Source of the DNA: a bacterium
GTDB taxonomy: Bacteria; Patescibacteriota; Minisyncoccia; Moranbacterales; DUUL01
Length of the DNA stretch: 64,000 bases
Assembly: GCA_018675685.1 (NCBI GenBank)
Contig: JABGXP010000018.1
Span: 16,175 to 80,174, forward strand
Reading direction: 5' to 3'
Shown here: in pieces, positions 18,551-30,286 of the stretch
Layout of the letters: every line of letters starts with the position of its first letter
Numbering within the stretch: position 1 is the stretch's first letter
Translations under genes and position numbers: made by a program
The notes under the pieces: model-generated
What the model was told of the DNA's origin: nothing
The model's database searches: none
What the model saw: only the letters and a program-made list of their open reading frames with translations

Positions 18551-19606
18551 GTGAAGAGAGAAATATCAAAAAGCAAAATACTGATTGCATTAAGTGGCGG
18601 AATCGACTCAGCTGTGTCTGTTTTGGAGTTGCAAAAAAAAGGATTTGAAGTTATTGGTATCCATTTTAAAATGCTACCAAGGCTTGGGGAGTCGGGTCTT
18701 GAAGATGCTCAAAATGTTGCTGGTCAACTAAAGATTGAATTGAAAGTGAAAGATATTTCCCAGGATTTTAAAAAGGAGGTTTTGGATAATTTTATCAAAG
18801 AATATCAAAGCGGCAGAACTCCAAACCCCTGTACTCTCTGTAATAAGAAGATTAAGTTTAAATATCTTTTGGAGGTTGCCGATGAATTGGGAATAAAACT
18901 TGTTGCAACCGGACATTATGCTGGTATTACAAAAAAAGATAGAAATTTCTATATTTCAAGGGCAAAAGATGTAAAAAAAGATCAGTCATATTTTCTCTAT
19001 AAATTAAAACAAAAAGAACTTACCAGGATCATTTTTCCTCTTTGCGATTTCACAAAAAGTGAAGTAAAGGAGAAAGCAATTGAGTTTGGTTTAAAGATTT
19101 CCTCGAAAGAATCACAAGATGTTTGTTTTATGAAAAAAGATGAGACATTGAAGGATTTTTTGTCACCGCAGATATCTTGTGTCTCTGGAGAAATTGTAAC
19201 TGAAGACAAAGGAACTCTTGGCAGACACGAGGGATTGGCTTTCTATACAATCGGTCAAAGAAGGGGCCTGAGTATCAATGGAGGACCTTTTTATGTTGCT
19301 GCTAAGAATATTAACAGCAACACAATAATTGTTACGAAAAACAAAGATAACTTAAAACTGAACCCCCATACAGTCTTTTTTGAGAATTCTTCTTGGGCAG
19401 GAGATTCTCCTAGCGAAGGAATTGAGTACCTAGTAAAAACTAGATACTTAGCGAAGGAATCAAAAGCAAGAATTATAAAACTTAAGCAGGATATGTACAT
19501 AGCACATCTAGTTGATTCTCAGTGGGCAGTTACACCAGGACAATCACTTGTGGTTTTTGATGGCGAACTTGTTGTGGGTGGTGGGATAATCACTGATGTG
19601 AAATAG
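18551..19606 (+). CDS. mnmA: tRNA-specific 2-thiouridylase
   Basis: PP-loop ILIALSGGIDSAVS and conserved Cys residues; GTG start. Confidence 0.88.
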   Translation: MKREISKSKILIALSGGIDSAVSVLELQKKGFEVIGIHFKMLPRLGESGLEDAQNVAGQLKIELKVKDISQDFKKEVLDNFIKEYQSGRTPNPCTLCNKKIKFKYLLEVADELGIKLVATGHYAGITKKDRNFYISRAKDVKKDQSYFLYKLKQKELTRIIFPLCDFTKSEVKEKAIEFGLKISSKESQDVCFMKKDETLKDFLSPQISCVSGEIVTEDKGTLGRHEGLAFYTIGQRRGLSINGGPFYVAAKNINSNTIIVTKNKDNLKLNPHTVFFENSSWAGDSPSEGIEYLVKTRYLAKESKARIIKLKQDMYIAHLVDSQWAVTPGQSLVVFDGELVVGGGIITDVK

Positions 19607-19676
19607 ACTTGGTTTATGTTGTTGTTTTGCTATAATCAGAAAGAGAAAGTTTAGTTTTAAAATTAAAATAAAAAAA

Positions 19677-20024
19677 ATGGAGAATTTAGATTTATTGAAA
19701 TCCGAAGAGAGAGCACTTCGCAACAAGATCATGACTGTTAAATCTGACATTTCCAGTTTTGAGGCTGAAACCAGAAAGATTGAAAAAAACTTTCCTAATT
19801 TTGAAATAGAAAAGCGTCGATTGAGGAAGACTATTTCTAGGGCAAAAATAGACCTAGAATCTCTTGAAGAAGGCAGAAGAAAGGAAGAGGACGAAATCAG
19901 AAATTTAGGCGAGGAGAGAAAAACTTTAGAGAAGAAGAAGGATAGATTATTTGCAGAACTAAGAGATGTCGAGGATAGAATAGCGAGGTCTCGAAAAGAA
20001 TCCCAACTAGAAAGTCAATATTAA
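19677..20024 (+). CDS. Hypothetical coiled-coil protein
   Basis: Heptad-rich charged sequence with no motif. Confidence 0.5.
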   Translation: MENLDLLKSEERALRNKIMTVKSDISSFEAETRKIEKNFPNFEIEKRRLRKTISRAKIDLESLEEGRRKEEDEIRNLGEERKTLEKKKDRLFAELRDVEDRIARSRKESQLESQY

Positions 20025-20047
20025 GACAAGTAGGAGTTGTTAAAATA

Positions 20048-20084
20048 AAAAGTGCTAATTTAAATTAGCACTTTTTATTTTTGA
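20048..20084 (+). terminator. Intrinsic terminator
   Basis: agtgctaattt-aa-attagcact followed by ttttatttttg. Confidence 0.8.
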
Positions 20085-20097
20085 AAATGAAGCCTCT

Positions 20098-20610
20098 TTA
20101 ACTCTTGGAGAATTGCTTTATGAAGATAATTGCAATAAATCCACCTGCAACAGCAGTTATTAATTGAGGCCATTGCATCATTTGGATCACTATAGTGGGT
20201 AATTTGCCTACGAATAAAAGCGAAACTATTCCAGCAATAAAAGCAAATTTAAGAAAACTCGCAAGAAGTACTCCAGTTAAAAGTTGTTTTTTGAAAGTTG
20301 CAAAAACCGAAATTAGAATTGCGTTAGAGATGATAATGTAAGGAATTATTATTACTTGCGGTGGGAGTAACAAGCCTCGAGTTAAAGCAATCGAAGAAGG
20401 AATGATTGCTATTAATAATGCATTTACGATTCCAAGTTTCCATGCAGAAATAAAGAAGATAGCATTAACAATTGTTCCTGTAATCCATTGATTTTGTGGT
20501 GTATGAGCAAGAAGTGCAGGCGCAATTACCACAGCCATTGTTAGTCCAGTTGTCCAAAGTAGGTCGGTACTGGAGGTAGAAAATAACTTTTTTGTTTGAG
20601 AGCTTTGCAT
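20098..20610 (-). CDS. Integral membrane protein, possibly an ECF-transporter S-component-like
   Basis: Five or six TM helices in 170 aa; the assignment is weak. Confidence 0.45.
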   Translation of the reverse strand: MQSSQTKKLFSTSSTDLLWTTGLTMAVVIAPALLAHTPQNQWITGTIVNAIFFISAWKLGIVNALLIAIIPSSIALTRGLLLPPQVIIIPYIIISNAILISVFATFKKQLLTGVLLASFLKFAFIAGIVSLLFVGKLPTIVIQMMQWPQLITAVAGGFIAIIFIKQFSKS

Positions 20611-20622
20611 TTTTTTTATTTT

Positions 20623-20901
20623 TTATTTGGTTAAAATATTTGATTTAGCTACAACGCCATAACTTTCATCTAATTTTTTTCGAAGAGCGGAAATTTCTTT
20701 TGCTGTTCCATCGATAATAATTGTAACAATAGCGGTGCAATGTTCTATACAACGACGTTGAACGTTAACGCCTAGCCTTGCAACAATTAACCTTCCATGA
20801 TCAGTAAGTATTTGATTTACTAGAGGTGCTTGATTAGTTCTGTCTTTTAGAAGGATTGAAATCGTAGCTAAATGCCTTTTGATTCTTCTTTCTGGTTCCA
20901 T
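20623..20901 (-). CDS. TM1266-family putative iron-only hydrogenase system regulator
   Basis: About 92 aa. Its pattern ISILLKDRTNQAPLVNQILTDHGRLIVARLGVNV...AIVTIIIDGT matches the TM1266/TIGR03959 family, and it lies immediately upstream of hydrogenase genes on the opposite strand. Confidence 0.6.
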   Translation of the reverse strand: MEPERRIKRHLATISILLKDRTNQAPLVNQILTDHGRLIVARLGVNVQRRCIEHCTAIVTIIIDGTAKEISALRKKLDESYGVVAKSNILTK

Positions 20902-21007
20902 TTTATTTATTTGTTACTTATTTTATTCTAATTGTAGCACAAGTTGGTTTTTTATTGTATAATATTTTTATAGTGCTTAAAAGAATAGTTAAATAAAAAT
21001 AGAAAAA

Positions 21008-21457
21008 ATGACAATTCAAAATATCCTAACAAAATATCAAGTAAGGCAAGAGAATCTTCTTAGAGCTATAAAAGAAATTCAAAAAGAGTTTGGATCTATA
21101 GACAAAACTGCTATTGATGAGATTGCAAGATATTTTAAAATGAAACCAGCGGCTGTCTTTAGCGCAGCAAGCTTTTACGATCAAATAAGTACAAAAGGTA
21201 AATTTAATATGGTCGTAAAAATTTGCGACGGGGCAAACTGTAATACTAAGAAATCAACCCGGGTTATTGAAGAAATAGAAAGGTTCTTTGGTCAAAAAAT
21301 CGATGACTCTTTTAATTTTAAAGTTAAAATACAAAGAGAAAGTTGTTTTGGATTTTGTGCTCAAGGGCCAATTATGGTAGTTAATGATGTTATGTATGAG
21401 AAAGTTACCCCAGAAAGAGTAGACGATATTTTAAGGGGCTATACTGACTTTCAATAA
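21008..21457 (+). CDS. NuoE-like [2Fe-2S] thioredoxin-like ferredoxin subunit of the hydrogenase (HydC/HndA-like)
   Basis: CDGANC...C...CFGFC cysteine pattern. Confidence 0.85.
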   Translation: MTIQNILTKYQVRQENLLRAIKEIQKEFGSIDKTAIDEIARYFKMKPAAVFSAASFYDQISTKGKFNMVVKICDGANCNTKKSTRVIEEIERFFGQKIDDSFNFKVKIQRESCFGFCAQGPIMVVNDVMYEKVTPERVDDILRGYTDFQ

Positions 21458-21509
21458 GGAGAGAATAAGAAAGTTTTGAATTTTATATCTCAAAAGAAAA
21501 TAAAAATAA

Positions 21510-22742
21510 ATGGAAGAAAATCAAAAAGTTTTAACAAAACGTTGGAGAAAGGTTGACCCAAGAGAACTTACAAGTTATCGCAAGCTGGGTGGTTATGAAG
21601 TCTTGCAAAGAGTTTTGCAAATGAAACCCCGGCTCATTATTGAAGAGATTGTAAAGTCTGGACTGCAAGGTCGTGGTGGTGGTGGATTTCCAACAGGAAA
21701 AAAATGGGAATCAGCAGCCTCTTTTGAGAGCGATGAAAAATATTTTATTTGCAATCTTGATGAGTCTGAACCAGGGACATACAAAGATCGTTTACTTGCA
21801 GAGAATGATCCCCATCAACTTATCGAAGGGATAATTATTGGTTCTTATGCTGTGGGTGCAAAAAAAGCATATATTTATGTGAATGGAAACTTTCACTTAG
21901 CTCATTTTTTATTGGAACGTGCCGTCAATCAAGCCTATGAGCATCACTTCCTAGGACAAGGATTGATGGGGAGCGATTATAGTCTAGATATAGAGATTTT
22001 TGTTGGGGCAGGGGCTTACATTTGCGGAGAGGAAACAGCTCTTATTAATTCAATCGAAGGGAAGCGAGGCGAACCAAGAAAGAGACCACCATATACGAGT
22101 GAATGTGGTTTATTTAACAAACCCACCGTAGTTAATAATGCAGAAACGATTGCAAGTATTCCATGGATTATGGAGCATGGAGGTACCAAATATGCTCAAA
22201 TAGGAAGTAATGGAGACGTAGGTACGAAGATATTTTGTATCGATGGAATTGTGAAAAATCCCGGAGCATACGAAGTTCCGATGGGGACTGATATTAATGA
22301 TCTTATTTTTAAATATGCTGGTGGCATTGAAAGTGGTGATGAACCTTGGTTTGCTCAAATAGGAGGTTCTGCAGGACAACTTGTCCCACCGAACTCTTTT
22401 GCGGATTCACCAAGTTATTCTCGAGATGCAAATGTTTCAGTTGGCTCAGGAGCGCTTTTAGTTATTAGTAAAAACCAAGACATTAAAGAATTGATGTTAA
22501 GTTGGATGAACTTTTTTCAAAGAGAGTCTTGTGGGCAATGTGTTCCTTGTCGAGAAGGAACTTTCCGCTTAAAAATGATTCTAGAGAGATTAAAGAATGG
22601 AAATTTTTCAAAGGAGGACAAGGACGATTTTCATAAATTAATTTGGACTTTGGATAATACAACTTTCTGTGCCTTGGGGAAATTTTCGGCAATTGCTTTA
22701 AAGGATGTTGTTAAATATGGTTTTTGTAAAGAACTAGAGTAA
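21510..22742 (+). CDS. NuoF-like NAD(P)H-binding flavoprotein subunit of the hydrogenase (HydB/HndC-like)
   Basis: GRGGGGFPTGKKW FMN/NADH site and ESCGQCVPCREG 4Fe-4S motif. It lacks the C-terminal ferredoxin extension found in some HydB proteins. Confidence 0.85.
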   Translation: MEENQKVLTKRWRKVDPRELTSYRKLGGYEVLQRVLQMKPRLIIEEIVKSGLQGRGGGGFPTGKKWESAASFESDEKYFICNLDESEPGTYKDRLLAENDPHQLIEGIIIGSYAVGAKKAYIYVNGNFHLAHFLLERAVNQAYEHHFLGQGLMGSDYSLDIEIFVGAGAYICGEETALINSIEGKRGEPRKRPPYTSECGLFNKPTVVNNAETIASIPWIMEHGGTKYAQIGSNGDVGTKIFCIDGIVKNPGAYEVPMGTDINDLIFKYAGGIESGDEPWFAQIGGSAGQLVPPNSFADSPSYSRDANVSVGSGALLVISKNQDIKELMLSWMNFFQRESCGQCVPCREGTFRLKMILERLKNGNFSKEDKDDFHKLIWTLDNTTFCALGKFSAIALKDVVKYGFCKELE

Positions 22743-22766
22743 AAAATAACTTATAAATTTCAAGAA

Positions 22767-24563
22767 GTGCAAATTAAAATCAATAATAAAATTTACAATT
22801 GTAAAAAAGGAGAAAGCGTTTTGCAAGTATGTAGAAGGAATGATATTAGAATTCCAACGCTTTGCAATCATAGTGACCTTTTGCCATCAGAGGGTCTTTG
22901 CAGGTTATGTTTGGTGAAAACAGGCACTAGCGAACAACTGACAACGTCTTGCCAGTTGGAGGTTTCTGACGGTTTGGAAATTACAACGGAAGACAATGAT
23001 ATCGAAAAAGCCAGAAGAATTAATCTGGAGCTACTCTGGGCTGATCATGCGGGAAAATGTTTAGCTTGTGTGAAAAATGGAAATTGCGAGTTACAAGATT
23101 TAGCCAAAGAATACAAATTAGACATCTATGATTTTGTTCCAGAAGTGGAGAAATTTGAAAAAGAAGAGCACTTAAAAGCACTAAAAGATAGTTTGAAGGG
23201 GAGGGTTGTTGATGATGGGAACACCTCTATTTTTAGAGACAATCAGTATTGTATTGATTGTAGAAGGTGTGTTAAAGTCTGTCGTGATGTTCAAACAATA
23301 GAAGAGTATTCAATGAGTGGACGCTCAATCCACACAAATGTTGGAACTGCTTGCAATGCCCCCATGGATTGTATTTTATGTGGACAATGCGCTAACGTTT
23401 GTCCGACAGCGGCAATAACCGAAAAAGACGAAACTGATAAACTTGAAAAACTACTTGCCGATAAGTTAAAAATGAAAATTTTTCAAGTAGCACCTTCTGT
23501 GCGCTTTACGCTTGGGGAAGAATTCGGTTTGGAACCAGGCAACTTTGTGGAAGAAAAAATTCCTACAGCGTTGCGTCGGATTGGGGCTGATTTAGTTTTC
23601 GACACATCTTTTTCAGCTGATTTAACGATCGTTGAAGAGGCAAATGAGCTTATTGGAAGGATAGGCAAATTTCTGCAAGGCGATAAAAATGTAAAATTCC
23701 CAATGTTTACCAGTTGTTGCCCATCTTGGGTTTTATATGTGGAAAAGTACTGGCCAGAGTACAAAGAGCATCTTTCAAGCGCAAAATCACCCCAGCAAAT
23801 GCTAGGAGCAATGATCAAGACATATTATCCAGAGAAGCATAAAATGTCCAAGAAGAGTATTACGAGTATTTCGGTGATGCCCTGTACCTCGAAAAAATTT
23901 GAGGCTCAACGAGAGGGTATGGGAAGAGATGGTTTAAGGGATGTTGATTTGGTAATCACGACAAGAGAGCTTAGTCGATTTTTAAAAAGAAAAAAACTTG
24001 ATTTTTTGAGACTAGAGGATCAAGCATTTGATCAAACCCTTGGAACTTATTCTGGTGCCGGACTTATTTTTGGTTCAACCGGTGGTGTGATGGAAGCTGC
24101 GCTGAGAACAGCATATGAAAAATTAACATGCGAAACATTACCCTCGTTAGATTTTAAGGAAGTTAGAGGCGAAAAAGGTTTAAAAGTTGCTGAAATCACA
24201 ATACCTAAAGGTTCTTGTAACGTAAAAGAACTGAAAATTAAAGTCGCAGTAGCTCATGAAATTAGAAATGCAAAAAAAATCTTGGAAATGATTAAAAGAG
24301 GTGAGTGTGACTATCATTTTGTTGAAGTCATGGCTTGTCCTAGTGGTTGTCTTGGTGGAGGAGGGCAGCCAATCCCAACAAACGCAGAAATCAGAAAAAA
24401 ACGTCGAGACGCAATTTATGAAAAGGACTCTAAGTTGCCAATTCGAAAATCACACAAGAACCCAGCTGTAAAACATTTGTACAAAGACTTCTTAAAGGAA
24501 CCAGGAGGCGAGAAACCAGAGGAATTATTACATACAAGTTACATAGATCGAAGCAAAAAGTAG
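22767..24563 (+). CDS. hydA: [FeFe]-hydrogenase catalytic subunit (HydA) with N-terminal 2Fe-2S and 4Fe-4S domains
   Basis: H-cluster motifs TSCCPSW (L1), MPCTSKKFE (L2) and EVMACPSGCLGGGGQP (L3), plus the N-terminal ferredoxin-like Cys clusters. GTG start. Confidence 0.9.
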   Translation: MQIKINNKIYNCKKGESVLQVCRRNDIRIPTLCNHSDLLPSEGLCRLCLVKTGTSEQLTTSCQLEVSDGLEITTEDNDIEKARRINLELLWADHAGKCLACVKNGNCELQDLAKEYKLDIYDFVPEVEKFEKEEHLKALKDSLKGRVVDDGNTSIFRDNQYCIDCRRCVKVCRDVQTIEEYSMSGRSIHTNVGTACNAPMDCILCGQCANVCPTAAITEKDETDKLEKLLADKLKMKIFQVAPSVRFTLGEEFGLEPGNFVEEKIPTALRRIGADLVFDTSFSADLTIVEEANELIGRIGKFLQGDKNVKFPMFTSCCPSWVLYVEKYWPEYKEHLSSAKSPQQMLGAMIKTYYPEKHKMSKKSITSISVMPCTSKKFEAQREGMGRDGLRDVDLVITTRELSRFLKRKKLDFLRLEDQAFDQTLGTYSGAGLIFGSTGGVMEAALRTAYEKLTCETLPSLDFKEVRGEKGLKVAEITIPKGSCNVKELKIKVAVAHEIRNAKKILEMIKRGECDYHFVEVMACPSGCLGGGGQPIPTNAEIRKKRRDAIYEKDSKLPIRKSHKNPAVKHLYKDFLKEPGGEKPEELLHTSYIDRSKK

Positions 24564-24590
24564 AAAATAAAAACAAAAACAGAAACAAAA

Positions 24591-24626
24591 AGACACTAGT
24601 TCAATTTTGAGCCAGTGTCTTTTTGG
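24591..24626 (+). terminator. Intrinsic terminator after hydA
   Basis: agacact...agtgtct stem followed by ttttt. Confidence 0.6.
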
Positions 24627-24697
24627 GAATACCTTAAAATATAACCATTATTTTATTTTTTAAAACTAGGATTGATTGATACCTTCTAATTTGTTAA

Positions 24698-26860
<2,163 letters not shown>

Positions 26861-26881
26861 GCCTAGATTTAAACTAAAAAC

Positions 26882-27199
26882 ATGAGTGATGAAAAACTGA
26901 TTTCAGAAGATGATGTGCAACATGTTGCAGAGCTTGCGAGGCTCGCACTTTCTGTGAGTGAAAAAAAACAATTTACAGGAGAATTAAATTCAATTCTTGG
27001 CTACGTTAAAGAAATTGAGGAGGTGAAGATTGATAAATATCAGAAGTTTGATTATTATAATTTGCAAAATAATCAATTCAGAAAAGATGAACTGGACGAA
27101 GTCAGCGAAGAAGAGAAAGGGAATATCCGAAAATTATTTCCAGAAAAAGAAGGGACAAGCTTGAAAGTAAAAGAGGTTTTAGGCGGAGGAAGCGAATAA
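26882..27199 (+). CDS. gatC: Asp/Glu-tRNA amidotransferase subunit C
   Basis: ISEDDVQHVAELARLALSVSEKKQFTGELNSILGYVKEI. Confidence 0.85.
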   Translation: MSDEKLISEDDVQHVAELARLALSVSEKKQFTGELNSILGYVKEIEEVKIDKYQKFDYYNLQNNQFRKDELDEVSEEEKGNIRKLFPEKEGTSLKVKEVLGGGSE

Positions 27200-27251
27200 A
27201 CATAGAAAGCATAAATTGCAAATTATTATTTCAAATTTTTAAAATAGATTG

Positions 27252-28688
27252 ATGATAAAAGAACTTCATGAAAAAATTCAAAGAGGAGAAATTACCTCGC
27301 TCGAATTAACTAAAGGATATATAAAAACCATTGATGAAAAAAATGACAATATAAATGCTCTTTTAGAAGTATATAAGGAGGATGCCTTACGAGAAGCAAA
27401 GAAGGTTGATGAGGAGGTTAAAAGCGGGAATAAAATTGGGATGTTGAGCGGGATTCCAGGTGTTTTAAAGGATAACATTTGCGTTAAGGGAAACGTGACA
27501 TCTGCAGCCTCTAAAATGTTAGAGAATTATATTGCTCCGTATGATGCAACTGTAGTGAAGAAATTAAGGCGTGAAAAAATCGTTCTTCTAGGCAAGGCGA
27601 ACTTAGATGAGTTTGCTATGGGAGCCTCAACTGAAAATTCAGCGTTTGGAGTAACCAAAAATCCACATGACACTAATAGGGTCGCCGGAGGATCCTCAGG
27701 CGGTTCAACTGCTGTGGTTGCAGCTGATATGGCTGTTTGGGCACTTGGTTCAGATACTGGAGGCTCAATAAGACAGCCAGCTTCATTTTGTGGGACTGTA
27801 GGGCTCAAACCTACCTACGGAAGAGTTTCAAGGTATGGATTAATCGCAATGGCCTCAAGTTATGATCAGATTGGCCCAATCACAAAAACTGTCGAGGATG
27901 CTGCAATTGTTTTCGATGTGATCACTGGAAAAGATGAGAAGGATAACACAACAGCTGACAAAAAGACGGAAAATTTCTTTGAGAATTTGAAACCAGAACT
28001 CAAAGGAAAGAAAATAGGAATTATTAAGAAAATGTTTGAAGAAGGCTTGAATGGAGACGTACGGAATGTGATTGAAAAACGAATTGAATTCGCAAAAGAA
28101 CAAGGCGCTGAGATTGTGGAAATAGAGTTACCGCATTTAAAATATGCGATGTCGGTTTATTATCTGATGGTACCTTCTGAGGTTAGTTCTAATATGGCAA
28201 GATTAGACGGAATGAGGTTTGGCCTTTGTGATGCCACTGAAAATGTTTCCAAAAACAAGAGTATTTTAGATATTTACAAAAATTCAAGAGAGGCTGGGTT
28301 TGGAGCAGAAGTTAAAAGAAGGATTATTCTTGGAACATATGCTCTTAGCGCTGGATATTATGACGCTTTCTATAAGAAAGCTCAGCAAGTAAGAGAAATT
28401 ATAAAACATGAAATAAATGAAGTATTTAATGAAGTAGATATTATTTTGACGCCGACATCTCCTGACGCAGCTTTTAAGATTGGTGAAAGAGGATCTGACC
28501 CACTAGCAATGTACTTAGAGGATATTTATACAGTTTCCGCGAATGTTGCAATGGTACCAGCAATTTCTATTCCAGCTGGCACTGTGAAGAGAGACGATAA
28601 GGATTTGCCAATTGGCTTACAACTAATTGCCAAATGGTGGAATGAACAAGAATTACTGAATGTTGCATTGGCGATGGAATTGAAATAA
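27252..28688 (+). CDS. gatA: Asp/Glu-tRNA amidotransferase subunit A (amidase)
   Basis: Amidase signature GGSSGGS...SDTGGSIRQPA. Confidence 0.9.
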   Translation: MIKELHEKIQRGEITSLELTKGYIKTIDEKNDNINALLEVYKEDALREAKKVDEEVKSGNKIGMLSGIPGVLKDNICVKGNVTSAASKMLENYIAPYDATVVKKLRREKIVLLGKANLDEFAMGASTENSAFGVTKNPHDTNRVAGGSSGGSTAVVAADMAVWALGSDTGGSIRQPASFCGTVGLKPTYGRVSRYGLIAMASSYDQIGPITKTVEDAAIVFDVITGKDEKDNTTADKKTENFFENLKPELKGKKIGIIKKMFEEGLNGDVRNVIEKRIEFAKEQGAEIVEIELPHLKYAMSVYYLMVPSEVSSNMARLDGMRFGLCDATENVSKNKSILDIYKNSREAGFGAEVKRRIILGTYALSAGYYDAFYKKAQQVREIIKHEINEVFNEVDIILTPTSPDAAFKIGERGSDPLAMYLEDIYTVSANVAMVPAISIPAGTVKRDDKDLPIGLQLIAKWWNEQELLNVALAMELK

Positions 28689-28723
28689 ATTATCGCCACA
28701 CTTCAATTTTAAAAGATGACAAA

Positions 28724-29104
28724 ATGAAAAGTGGCACAATTGGTGAAGTCGGTGAGAAAGTTGCTGCTAATTATTTAGTTGCACAAGGGTTTGAGATTAT
28801 TGCTTTGAATTATTTTAATGAGAAAGGCTATTGTATTGGAGAAATTGACATTATCGCGAGGGATCCAAGGAATGACCAATTAGTTTTTGTCGAGGTCAAG
28901 ACGAGAAGAGGCCAGAGAGACTCAGTTGTTCCAGAAGAGAGCATCACAAAACAAAAAATAGAGCGAGTACAAAAAGCGATAAATTGGTTTTTGAAAAAAG
29001 AAGATAAAATAGATGCTAGTTGGCGAATAGATGCAATTTCAGTTATTGTTGACTCACAGAAGAGAAAGATGCACATAAAACATATTAAGTATATCCGTTT
29101 TTAA
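28724..29104 (+). CDS. YraN/UPF0102 family endonuclease
   Basis: VGEKVAANYLVAQGFEII...GEIDIIARD...LVFVEVKTRR. Confidence 0.8.
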   Translation: MKSGTIGEVGEKVAANYLVAQGFEIIALNYFNEKGYCIGEIDIIARDPRNDQLVFVEVKTRRGQRDSVVPEESITKQKIERVQKAINWFLKKEDKIDASWRIDAISVIVDSQKRKMHIKHIKYIRF

Positions 29105-29172
29105 TTGACAAATGGGTGTTTTAAATGTTTTAATGATATGATATCAAATTATTTATTGACATAATAGTTAAG

Positions 29173-29778
29173 ATGAAAAATTCACTCGAAGCTTTGTTCG
29201 GTTCAAGAGAGAGATGGCGTTTGATTAAAATGTTCTTGCTTAATTCAGAAGAGAAATTTACAAATCGCGAAGTAGCACTTAGAAACAAAGTCGATGGGAG
29301 GAAGATAGCTGGGATTTTAGTACAGCTAGTGAAAGCTGGTTTTTTAAACACACACACAAAAAAATCAAGAAAATTATATTCTTTGAATAAAAAGTTTCCT
29401 TTTTTTAGTGAACTAAAGATTTTGGTTGTAAAATCTAACTTATATCCTCAATGTGAAAGTTTGGGTAAAATTAGAGGCTTAGGGGAGATTCAATTTAGCT
29501 TGATTTCGGGAGTTTTTATGGATAATTCAAAATCAAAAACAGATCTTTTGATTGTAGGAGATTTGATTTCAAATGCAAAATTAAAGCATTTACTAGAGGA
29601 TCTAGAGGCTGAAATGGGCAGGGAAATTAACTATTCGTTGATGAGTAGCTCTGAGTTTAAATACAGGGTGAATATGTTCGATAAATTTATTTTGGAACTT
29701 TTAGAGGCATCTCATGAAGTAATTGTGAACAATATGCAAAAAGAAGTTCTTCAAATGCAACGTAACAAAAAATCATAG
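29173..29778 (+). CDS. Hypothetical protein, possible N-terminal winged-helix domain
   Basis: No motif recognised beyond a wHTH-like N-terminus. Confidence 0.45.
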   Translation: MKNSLEALFGSRERWRLIKMFLLNSEEKFTNREVALRNKVDGRKIAGILVQLVKAGFLNTHTKKSRKLYSLNKKFPFFSELKILVVKSNLYPQCESLGKIRGLGEIQFSLISGVFMDNSKSKTDLLIVGDLISNAKLKHLLEDLEAEMGREINYSLMSSSEFKYRVNMFDKFILELLEASHEVIVNNMQKEVLQMQRNKKS

Positions 29779-29805
29779 AGAATGTTGATCGTCGAATGGA
29801 ATTAA

Positions 29806-30279
29806 ATGAAGAATTTTTTTTTAAAAATTGGGAAAATTATAGATGATTGCAAAAACATTTTTTTGGAATTATTTTGGTATAGGAAATTTTCCGCCTTCTT
29901 TATTTATGGGGGAATCTTATTAAATGGAGCATCTTGGTTTACTCTATGGCAACTAACTAAACTAAACCATGAAATTATTATTCTTCATTACAATTCATAT
30001 CTAGGAATAGACACGATGTTGAATGTTGGAGAGGGGCTTTATCCAGATTTGTTTTTAGTTGTTGTTGGTGGGATCGTTATTTTATTCTTGAATATTATTC
30101 TTTCCGCGATCCTTTTGTATTTGTCGGGAATTTTAAACGAAAAAAAGAATTATAGTAAAAAAGAAAAAGATACCGAGTTAGATGCAAATTTACTGGGAAG
30201 TAATTTGATATTAATAGGAGGATTCTTAACACAAGTAGTTATATTTATATATTCGATAGCGATATTATTTGTTAATTAA
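29806..30279 (+). CDS. Hypothetical integral membrane protein
   Basis: Three or four hydrophobic helices. Confidence 0.45.
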   Translation: MKNFFLKIGKIIDDCKNIFLELFWYRKFSAFFIYGGILLNGASWFTLWQLTKLNHEIIILHYNSYLGIDTMLNVGEGLYPDLFLVVVGGIVILFLNIILSAILLYLSGILNEKKNYSKKEKDTELDANLLGSNLILIGGFLTQVVIFIYSIAILFVN

Positions 30280-30286
30280 TTTATTT

